A stretch of DNA of 64,000 nucleotides from Occultella glacieicola (GTDB taxonomy: Bacteria > Actinomycetota > Actinomycetes > Actinomycetales > Beutenbergiaceae): NCBI RefSeq assembly GCF_004353825.1, contig NZ_SMNA01000001.1:372001-436000 (forward strand), written 5' to 3'. Below are positions 56,391-64,000 of the stretch, piece by piece. The notes under the pieces are model-generated. The model did no database searches, had not been told where the DNA came from, and saw only the letters and a program-made list of their open reading frames with translations. Position 1 is the first letter of the stretch, and the number at the start of each line of letters is the position of its first letter. A program made the position numbers and the translations under genes.

Positions 56391-56639
56391 CCACTATGGC
56401 GCAGCCGGGACCGCGGGCGGGAGACCCGTGTGGCGACTCGTTGCCGAACGGAGCCGCTCCGTCTCACATCGTGGAAGTTCGTGGGCGTGCGACTCGACTC
56501 GTCGGCGGAGGCGGCACGATGACACGCGGTCGCGGAGTCGTACGGCTGCGGAACGATCCCGTGGCGAGTGTCCCGCGACCCGCTCGACCGTGCGATGACC
56601 GCGGTCGCCCGTCGCCCACCCGAAAGGTCCTCGCCCGTC

Positions 56640-58028
56640 ATGACCACCCGCACATCCGAGCCGCAGGCCAAGCGGCGGCTCCGGTTCCCCTCGTTCAGCG
56701 CCCAGATCGTCATCGCCCTCGTCCTGGGCGTCGCGCTGGGCTGGCTCGCACTGACCATCGGTCCCGTCACCGACGCCAACGGTGAGGAGGCGCCGAACTG
56801 GCTCACCGAGACGCTCAGCACGATCGGATCGTCGTTCGTGACCCTGCTGCGCGCGATCGTCCCACCCCTGGTGTTCACGGCGATCGTCGCGTCCATCGCG
56901 AACCTGCGGAAGGTCACGAACGCGGCCCGCCTCGCCGGGCAGACTCTGCTCTGGTTCGCCATCACCGCGCTGATCTCGGTGGCCATCGGGATCGCACTCG
57001 GCCTGATCCTGCGGCCCGGGGAGAACACCTCGATCGGAGCCGACGCCGCGGAGGATCCGGGCCGGACGGGCAGCTGGCTGGACTTCCTCACCGGGCTGAT
57101 CCCCGGCAACGTTCTCGGGCTCGGGGCCTCCGCGGGCGGGGACGGCTCGATCTCGGTCAGCTTCAACGTCCTCCAGATCGTGGTGGTCTCGCTCGTGGTC
57201 GGCCTCGCGGCGCTGCGCACCGGCAGCAAGGCCGAGCCGTTCCTCACGTTCAACGCCTCGGCGCTCGCGATCGTGCAGAAGGTGCTGTGGTGGATCATCC
57301 GCCTCGCGCCGCTCGGCACCCTCGGGCTCATCGGCCGCGCCATCGCGACCTACGGCTGGGACCTGCTCGCCCCGCTCGCCACGTTCACCGTGGCCATCTA
57401 CGTGGGCCTCGCGCTCGTGCTGTTCGTGCTCTACCCGGTGCTGCTGCGCGCCAACGGGCTGTCCGTGCTCAGCTACTTCCGCGGCGCCTGGCCGGCGATC
57501 CAGCTCGGCTTCGTCTCCCGTTCCTCGATCGGCACCCTGCCGGTGACCGAGCGGGTCACCGAGCGCAACCTCGGGGTGCCGCGCGAGTACGCGTCGTTCG
57601 CGGTGCCACTCGGCGCGACCACGAAGATGGACGGCTGCGCGGCGATCTACCCGGCCATCGCGGCGATCTTCGTGGCCCAGTTCTACGGCATCGACCTGTC
57701 GATCACGGACTACCTGCTGATCGCGTTCGTCTCCGTGGTCGGCTCGGCCGCGACCGCGGGTCTCACGGGCGCGCTCGTGATGCTGACCCTCACCCTGTCC
57801 ACGCTGGGGCTCCCGCTCGCCGGGGTGGGTCTGCTGCTCGCGATCGACCCGATCCTGGACATGGGCCGGACCGCCGTGAACGTCGCCGGCCAGGCGCTCG
57901 TGCCCGCGATCGTGGCCAAGCGGGAGGGCATCCTCGACGTCGAGCAGTACCGACGGGCGAACGCCGAGGACCTGTTCACCGAGGACGAGGAGGCAGCCGC
58001 CGAGCCGGAGCTGGCCGGCACCCGCTGA
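56640..58028 (+). CDS. Dicarboxylate/amino acid:cation symporter (DAACS)
   Basis: SRSSIGTLP, PLGATTKMDG, LDMGRTAVNVAG. Confidence 0.95.
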   Translation: MTTRTSEPQAKRRLRFPSFSAQIVIALVLGVALGWLALTIGPVTDANGEEAPNWLTETLSTIGSSFVTLLRAIVPPLVFTAIVASIANLRKVTNAARLAGQTLLWFAITALISVAIGIALGLILRPGENTSIGADAAEDPGRTGSWLDFLTGLIPGNVLGLGASAGGDGSISVSFNVLQIVVVSLVVGLAALRTGSKAEPFLTFNASALAIVQKVLWWIIRLAPLGTLGLIGRAIATYGWDLLAPLATFTVAIYVGLALVLFVLYPVLLRANGLSVLSYFRGAWPAIQLGFVSRSSIGTLPVTERVTERNLGVPREYASFAVPLGATTKMDGCAAIYPAIAAIFVAQFYGIDLSITDYLLIAFVSVVGSAATAGLTGALVMLTLTLSTLGLPLAGVGLLLAIDPILDMGRTAVNVAGQALVPAIVAKREGILDVEQYRRANAEDLFTEDEEAAAEPELAGTR

Positions 58029-58035
58029 CCCGACG

Positions 58036-58081
58036 GAACGCGCCGGCCCGGTCGGGGAATCCCGACCGGGCCGGCGCGTTC
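58036..58081. terminator. Bidirectional terminator with a perfect 21-bp stem
   Basis: GAACGCGCCGGCCCGGTCGGG-gaat-CCCGACCGGGCCGGCGCGTTC. Confidence 0.85.
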
Positions 58082-58134
58082 GTCATAGGGATGGTCGGAC
58101 CGGCCGATGGTGCGCCGACCGGCCCGACCGCCGG

Positions 58135-60837
58135 TCAGGCTCGGCCGGAGCCCATCCGGCGACGCGCGGCCAGCGCCACACCGCCGAGCAGCACGGACGC
58201 GAGCGCGGCGAGAGCGACGCCCGTGACGCCGGGCTCGACCCCGGTCGCGGCCAGGCCACCGGGGCCGACACCGGGGCCGCCGAAGCCACCGTCCGCGGCC
58301 AGCACCTCGAGCTCGGCCCAGCCGAGCACCGTCCCGTCCTGCGCCTGGACCACGATCCGGTGCGGCCCGGCCGGCGCGTTCGCGGGGATGGTCACCTCGA
58401 GGGTGTCATCGGCGTTCACCGTCACGCTGGCCAGCAGCACCGGGTCGGAGAGCATCCAGACGTGCACGGCCGTGCCCGCGCCACCCGGGAGGGTGAACAC
58501 GACGGTCTCGCCCGGTTCCGCCGTCTCCGGGCCGGTGAGGTCGCCCCGGTTGTCCTCGGTCAGGTCATCGGCGGATGGTGCCGCCGGGGCCGGGTCGGTC
58601 GGCGCCGGGTCCGTGGGGTCGGTCGGGTCGGGGTCGCCCGGGCCGGCCGGGACGCACGCCGCACCGTCGGCCACCCGCAGGGAGACGCCGTCGTGCGCGG
58701 TGTCGGAGATCCACAGGGTGGTCGGCGCCGCGTCCGGGTCGGCCGAGCACCACACGAACGCGAGCCCCTCGTTCGTGTACGACGTGTTCATCCCGGTCGG
58801 CGCGTGGTGGTCCACCTGCCAGGCGAGCAGGCCGTCGACGAACGCGAACACCGAGGTCCGGTTGTCGCAGGCCTCGTCGCACAGACCCCAGAGCTCGTTG
58901 GCCCCGGCCCGCCAGTCCAGGTCCATGAGCACCGGCACCGACTCGGACGCCTGCGCGGTCTGCAGGAGCGTCGCATCGCCGTCGGACTCGAGTACCACCA
59001 GGTGCACCGCGCCGGTCTGCTCGACGGCCACGGCGAAGATCCCGCCGAAGTGCTCGCCGAAGGCGGCCGGGTCGTACGTCGCCCCGTCGGCGTCGCGGAC
59101 CCCGAGTGCCGTGGCGTCGGCGTCGGAGATCCACTCGATCCCCTCCAGGCCGGCGTTCGCGCCCAGCGCCCCGGTGATCGCGGTGAGGTTCCACTCGTGG
59201 GTCGTGTCCGAGGCTCCCGAGGCACCCAGTTCCACTCGGAGCACCGACGGCCGGCTCGTGCCGCTCGCGTCGTTGTTGCGCTCGGTCGAGAGGAAGATCG
59301 CGCCGTCGCCGGCCACGCTCAGGCCCTCGGCGTCGGGCGTGCCCGTGCCCTCGGGGTAGGTCGGCACCCAGGACTGCGCGATCGCGTACAGCCCACCGGT
59401 CGCCTCAGGTGCGGCGAGTTCGAAGATCTCGCCGTTGTCGTTGTTGACGGCGTAGACGGTGCCGTCGGCGCCGAGGTCCAGGCCGGACATGTCCTCGCCC
59501 CAGGTGTCCGGGGCGACGGCCTCTCGCACGTCGTTCCCGAACGGCCACGGCGACGCGACCACCTCGGGCTCGGTGATGTCCTCGCACGCGTTGACGAGCT
59601 CGAACGTGCCCTCGGAGGTGTCCCCGAACGGGCCGGTCGGGTCCGGGCAGCGCCCGACCGTGGCGGGCGCGTGGGTCGCCCAGGCCACGGAGTCGACCAC
59701 CGCGCCGGTCTCGTCCCGCACGGTGACGCTGTCCGCGCCGCCGAGCCCGAAGTGCGGCTCGGTGAGGAAGGCGCGGTAGCCGCCGGACTCGATCTCGCCG
59801 GTCAGGACCATCGGCTCGTGCTCCGGGTCCGCATCGACGAGGGTCCAGCCGGTCACGTCCACCGTCTGCGCCAGGTCGGTGTTGGCGAGCTCCACCCAGT
59901 CGCCCCGCGGGTCGCCGTTCGACTCCACCTCGTTGATGACGACGGCGTGGGTGCGCGGCCGGGGGACGTTCGCCGTACCGCGGGTCGGCGTGGTGTCGGC
60001 GAACACGCCGGTGCCGTCCGGGAGGCGGCCCTCGGCGAACGCGTGGTCGGTCCAGGCGTAGGAGTCCACCAGCCCGAGCCCGTCGGGGAGGTACATCCGG
60101 AGCTCGTCGTTGGAACCCAGCCCGAAGCCGGCGTCGGTCACGTTCGTCTCGACCACGAGGAAGGCGCCGGGCGCGATCTCGGTCCCGGGCGCGATCGGGA
60201 GCTCGCTCAGGGGGTCGTTGTCACGCAGGATCCAGCCGGACACGTCGATGGCCTCGGCACCGGTGTTGTACAGCTCGACCCAGTCCTCGCCGCCGTCCGG
60301 GTCGTCGGACATGACCTCGTTGACGACGACCGGGGAGTCCGCGTCGTAGAACTCGGGCAGCTCGCGCACCACGTTGGCCGCGCCCGGCGTGGGCTCGGTG
60401 TCGACGAAGTCGCCGGTGCCGTCCGGCACGCGCCCCTCGCTGAAGGCGTGCGCGGTCCAGGTGTAGGAGTCGATCAGGGTCGTGCCGTCGGCCAGGTAGA
60501 GCCGGGCCATGTCGTCGCTGCCGAGCCCGAAGCCGTTCTCGCCGGAGTCGGGCTCGATGACGTAGAACCCGCCCGGTGCGATCGTCACGTCGGGCAGCGC
60601 CAGGGTGCGCGAGTCGTTGTCGTCGCGCAGGATCCAGCCGGTCACCGTGACCGGGTCGGTGCCGACGTTCGTGAGTTCGACGAAGTCGGGGGCGTCGTCG
60701 GCGCTGTTGGACTGCACCTCGTTGATGCGGATGTCGGTCTCGGCGGCCTGGGCCGCGGCCGGCGCGATGAGCACGGCGCCGAGGCCGAGGCCGAGGGCGC
60801 CGGCCGCGGCAAGTGGAGCGGGGATGGGTCGACGCAC
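58135..60837 (-). CDS. Sortase-anchored surface protein with three lamin-tail domains and a propeller-like domain
   Basis: Signal peptide AAQA; three I/VNEV..D.VEL.N repeats; SGL/EGL blades; LAATG + TM + RRR. Confidence 0.85.
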   Translation of the reverse strand: MRRPIPAPLAAAGALGLGLGAVLIAPAAAQAAETDIRINEVQSNSADDAPDFVELTNVGTDPVTVTGWILRDDNDSRTLALPDVTIAPGGFYVIEPDSGENGFGLGSDDMARLYLADGTTLIDSYTWTAHAFSEGRVPDGTGDFVDTEPTPGAANVVRELPEFYDADSPVVVNEVMSDDPDGGEDWVELYNTGAEAIDVSGWILRDNDPLSELPIAPGTEIAPGAFLVVETNVTDAGFGLGSNDELRMYLPDGLGLVDSYAWTDHAFAEGRLPDGTGVFADTTPTRGTANVPRPRTHAVVINEVESNGDPRGDWVELANTDLAQTVDVTGWTLVDADPEHEPMVLTGEIESGGYRAFLTEPHFGLGGADSVTVRDETGAVVDSVAWATHAPATVGRCPDPTGPFGDTSEGTFELVNACEDITEPEVVASPWPFGNDVREAVAPDTWGEDMSGLDLGADGTVYAVNNDNGEIFELAAPEATGGLYAIAQSWVPTYPEGTGTPDAEGLSVAGDGAIFLSTERNNDASGTSRPSVLRVELGASGASDTTHEWNLTAITGALGANAGLEGIEWISDADATALGVRDADGATYDPAAFGEHFGGIFAVAVEQTGAVHLVVLESDGDATLLQTAQASESVPVLMDLDWRAGANELWGLCDEACDNRTSVFAFVDGLLAWQVDHHAPTGMNTSYTNEGLAFVWCSADPDAAPTTLWISDTAHDGVSLRVADGAACVPAGPGDPDPTDPTDPAPTDPAPAAPSADDLTEDNRGDLTGPETAEPGETVVFTLPGGAGTAVHVWMLSDPVLLASVTVNADDTLEVTIPANAPAGPHRIVVQAQDGTVLGWAELEVLAADGGFGGPGVGPGGLAATGVEPGVTGVALAALASVLLGGVALAARRRMGSGRA

Positions 60838-60984
60838 GGGTTCTCCTATGGTGTTGGGGGTGCGCCGATCCTTGCGGGCACAGGCGAACGCCCGGTGAAC
60901 GGCCGGGGTTCTGCGGATGACCGCGGGGACTCGGGTGGCGGCGGCCGACCGGCGCGGTGGAGGCGGTCGACGCAACCGAGTGGC

Positions 60985-62016
60985 ATGCTGCCAGGCGTGC
61001 GGGAAGACTGGGTGGACCTCGCGAAGGGCATCGCGATCGTCCTGGTGGTGTCGTTCCACGCCGTCGTCTTTCCCGCGAGCCTCGGTCTGGTGCAGGAGTG
61101 GCGAGACCTTGCCGCGTTGCTCGACACGTTCCGGATGCCGTTCTTCTTCTTCACCTCCGGGCTGTTCGCGGCGAAGGCCCTGCGCGCCAGCCTCGGCGCC
61201 CTGTGGCGCACTCGGGTGGCGCGGCTGCTCTGGCTCTTCGTGCTCTGGAGCGTGATCTGGTTCGCTGCCTTCTACGCGGCGCCCCCGCTCGGCACGAGCA
61301 GGATCGGGCAACGGCCGGACGAACTCGTCCTGCTGTTCCTCTCGCCCAACCAGAACACCTGGTACGTGTACGCGCTGGCGCTGTACTTCCTGCTGGCGTG
61401 GGCGTTGCGTCGGTTGCCCACGGCACTCCAGATCGGACTTGCCGCCGCGTTGGCGGTGGCGTTCGACGTCGGCCTGCTCGACGCCACCAACGGCGCGGTG
61501 GACCGCATGGGCCGCGGCTTCGTGTGGTTCCTGGTGGCCGTACATCTGGGCCCCCGGGTGCGTGCGCTCGCCCCGCGGGTGCGGTGGTGGCACCCGCTGC
61601 TCGCCCTGACGATGTACGGGAGCGCCGCGATGCTGGTCGACCTCAACGGTGTCAAGGATGCCCCGTTCGTGCGGCTCACCCTGGCTGCGCTCGCCGTGCT
61701 CGCCGGGTGCGCCCTCGCGGTGGCCCTGAGCCGCGTCGCAGCGCTGGACTGGCTCCGGGCCCTGGGTCGGCGCACCCTCGAGGTCTACCTCGTGCACTTC
61801 TACGTGATCCTGGGCCTGTGCCTGCTGCTCGCGCCCGTCGCGGCCCGGATCGCCGAGTCGCGGGTGCTCGACCTCACCCTGCCACTGCTCCTGACGGCGG
61901 TGGCGGTGCTGGTCCCGCTGGGGGTGCGGCGCCTCACCCGCCGTCTCACCTGGCTCTGGGACCGACCACACCTCGCGCCACGTGAGGACATGGAGGTGGT
62001 CACGGTCTCCGGATGA
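60985..62016 (+). CDS. Acyltransferase-3 family membrane protein (YcfT-like)
   Basis: [45 protein letters not shown]. Confidence 0.9.
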   Translation: MLPGVREDWVDLAKGIAIVLVVSFHAVVFPASLGLVQEWRDLAALLDTFRMPFFFFTSGLFAAKALRASLGALWRTRVARLLWLFVLWSVIWFAAFYAAPPLGTSRIGQRPDELVLLFLSPNQNTWYVYALALYFLLAWALRRLPTALQIGLAAALAVAFDVGLLDATNGAVDRMGRGFVWFLVAVHLGPRVRALAPRVRWWHPLLALTMYGSAAMLVDLNGVKDAPFVRLTLAALAVLAGCALAVALSRVAALDWLRALGRRTLEVYLVHFYVILGLCLLLAPVAARIAESRVLDLTLPLLLTAVAVLVPLGVRRLTRRLTWLWDRPHLAPREDMEVVTVSG

Positions 62017-62072
62017 CGCGCGCGAGGGCGCGCCCGTCACGGGCACCCAGGGATGCGATCTAGGCTCGAGCG

Positions 62073-63956
62073 GTGAGCGAACGCACCCCCCGCACGCCCC
62101 GTGTGCGTGCCTCCGAACTGGTCGGCCGCGGCTGGCTGAACACCGGCGGCGCCGAGATCTCCCTCGCGGACCTGCGCGGCAAGATCGTCATCCTCGACTT
62201 CTGGACGTTCTGCTGCATCAATTGCCTGCACGTCCTGGACGAGCTGCGCGACCTCGAGGAGCGGCACCGGGACAGCCTCGTGATCGTCGGCGTGCACTCG
62301 CCGAAGTTCGTCCACGAGGCGGACCCTGACGCGCTCGTGGCCGCCGTGGAGCGGTACGGCGTGGCCCACCCGGTCCTCGACGATCCCGAGCTGGTGACCT
62401 GGTCCGCGTACACGGCGCGCGCGTGGCCGACCCTCGTCGTGATCGACCCGGAGGGTTACATCGTCGCCCACATGGCGGGGGAGGGGCACGCCCCGAACCT
62501 GGAGGTCCTGATCGCCGACCTGATCGCCGAGCACGACGCGAAGGGGACCCTGCACGCCGGCGACGGCCCGTACGTGGCGCCCGCACCGCCGTCGGGCACG
62601 CTGCGGTTCCCAGCGAAGGTGATCGAGCTGCCGGGCGGCAACCTGCTCGTCGCGGACGCCGGCCACCACAGCCTGGTCGAACTCGAGCCCGACGGCGAGA
62701 CGTTCGTCCGCAGGATCGGTTCCGGTGAGCGGGGGGCGGCGGACGGCCCGGCGGACGTCGCACGGTTCAACGAGCCGAACGGGCTGTGCCTGGTCCCGGA
62801 GGAGCTGCGCGCATGGAGCGGCTACGACGTGATCGTCGCCGACACCGTGAACCACCGGCTGCGCGGCGTGCGGCTATCCGACGGGCAGGTCAGCACGGTC
62901 GCCGGCACCGGACGCCCCTACCGGGTCGGCGCCCCGGACAACACCGATGAGCCCCGCGACGGCGTCTCCGGCGCCCGCCTGCAGAACCTCTCCTCGCCCT
63001 GGGACGTGGCCTGGGTGCCGCGGATCGGCGGCTTCCTCGTGGCGATGGCCGGCACCCACACCCTCTGGGAGTTCGACGACCAGCAGGACCACGTGTGGCA
63101 CGTCGGCGGCACCATGAACGAGGGGCTGGTGAGCGGGGAGATCCGGCAGGCCTGGTTCGCCCAGCCGTCCGGCCTGGCGGCCGACGACGACGGCCGGGTC
63201 TGGGTGGCGGACGCGGAGACGTCCGCCCTCCGGCTCGTGCACTTCACCGGCGGCTTCGACGCGGACGTGAGCACCGCCGTCGGGCAGGGTCTGTTCGAGT
63301 TCGGCCACGTCGACGGGCCGGCGGCGGACGCGCTCCTGCAGCACCCGCTCGACGTGTGCCTGCTCCCGGACGGCACGGTCGCGATCGCCGACACCTACAA
63401 CGGCGCCGTGCGGTGCTACGACCCGGCGACCGAGCAGGTCACCACGCTCGCCCGCGACCTCGCCGAACCGTCCGGACTGCTCGTCGTCGACGGCGGCGCG
63501 CACCTGCTCGTGGTCGAGTCCACCGCGCACCGGCTCACCCGGGTGCCGCTCGGGGAGGCCGGCAGGGTCGACACTGGCACGACGCACGACGGCGGCGCTC
63601 ACCGCACGCAGCGGCCGGTCACCGACGTCGGTCCTCGCCTCGAGCTCTCGGTGGTGTTCACCCCGGCGGCCGGTCGCAAGCTGGACGACCGGTTCGGGCC
63701 GTCGACGCAGGTCAGTGTCTCCGCGACCCCGACGTCGCTGCTGCGGGAGGGCGCCGGGATCGCCACGGACCTGAGCCGCAGCCTCACACTGGGACCCGGC
63801 GAGGGCGTGCTGCACGTCACCGCCCAGGCCGCGTCCTGTGACGCCGACCCCGCCGTGGAGTTCCCCGCCTGCCACCTGGCCCAGCAGGACTGGGGGATCC
63901 CGGTGCGGGTCGGCCCCGACGGTGTCGCGGAGCTCAGCCTGCCGCTGTTCGGCTGA
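62073..63956 (+). CDS. Thioredoxin-like + NHL repeat protein (NHLRC2/SOQ1-like)
   Basis: LDFWTFCCINC, GVHSPKF, LRFPAK, FAQPSGL, LQHPL, IADTYN. Confidence 0.92.
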   Translation: MSERTPRTPRVRASELVGRGWLNTGGAEISLADLRGKIVILDFWTFCCINCLHVLDELRDLEERHRDSLVIVGVHSPKFVHEADPDALVAAVERYGVAHPVLDDPELVTWSAYTARAWPTLVVIDPEGYIVAHMAGEGHAPNLEVLIADLIAEHDAKGTLHAGDGPYVAPAPPSGTLRFPAKVIELPGGNLLVADAGHHSLVELEPDGETFVRRIGSGERGAADGPADVARFNEPNGLCLVPEELRAWSGYDVIVADTVNHRLRGVRLSDGQVSTVAGTGRPYRVGAPDNTDEPRDGVSGARLQNLSSPWDVAWVPRIGGFLVAMAGTHTLWEFDDQQDHVWHVGGTMNEGLVSGEIRQAWFAQPSGLAADDDGRVWVADAETSALRLVHFTGGFDADVSTAVGQGLFEFGHVDGPAADALLQHPLDVCLLPDGTVAIADTYNGAVRCYDPATEQVTTLARDLAEPSGLLVVDGGAHLLVVESTAHRLTRVPLGEAGRVDTGTTHDGGAHRTQRPVTDVGPRLELSVVFTPAAGRKLDDRFGPSTQVSVSATPTSLLREGAGIATDLSRSLTLGPGEGVLHVTAQAASCDADPAVEFPACHLAQQDWGIPVRVGPDGVAELSLPLFG

Positions 63957-64000
63957 CGGCCGCCTCAGGCCGAGGGCGCCGACAGTCCCGAGGGCACCGA

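Noticed and set aside
56391..56639. Riboswitch upstream of the DAACS transporter
   Set aside because: No recognisable glycine, SAM, TPP or cobalamin consensus by eye; an Rfam scan is needed to exclude it fully
1..64000. tRNA, rRNA or intact transposase/integrase genes
   Set aside because: None recognised; nearly all intergenic gaps are short and explained by promoters or terminators

Overview
Chromosomal window from a very high-GC actinobacterium (Micrococcales-like; inferred from gene content and pervasive leaderless promoters). It is mostly ordinary housekeeping and accessory content: purB, a 2-oxoacid dehydrogenase E1a/E1b/E2 operon, csoR-copZ, hsp20 with a HAIR operator, Ppx/GppA, a TetR-MFS efflux pair, a MoxR-VWA (Bat-like) operon, a CopD-CtaG fusion, peptidases and esterases, a LysR-linked sugar-ABC catabolic operon, an ECF42/DGPF pair, two AlkZ-like glycosylases, a sortase-anchored lamin-tail protein and an NHL-thioredoxin. 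Two visibly lower-GC decaying patches (about 25.1-27.2 kb and 51.4-52.9 kb) hold an IS21 remnant and frameshifted genes, and a broken YhcG gene lies at about 17 kb. I saw no tRNA, rRNA or CRISPR. The best leads are: (1) an Erm(37)/Erm(41)-like methyltransferase whose WhiB7-like promoter appears to start a leaderless, out-of-frame 28-aa leader peptide with an RxR motif sitting on the erm start codon; (2) a full-length Pat/HisC-like aminotransferase that has lost its PLP lysine and other active-site residues; (3) an uncharacterised catabolic operon pairing a muconate-cycloisomerase-like enolase and a TIM barrel with altered metal ligands with a sugar ABC transporter; (4) a WXG100-like protein plus lipase pair; (5) several candidate operator motifs and one possible structured RNA leader. 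All family assignments come from motif recognition by eye, not database searches.
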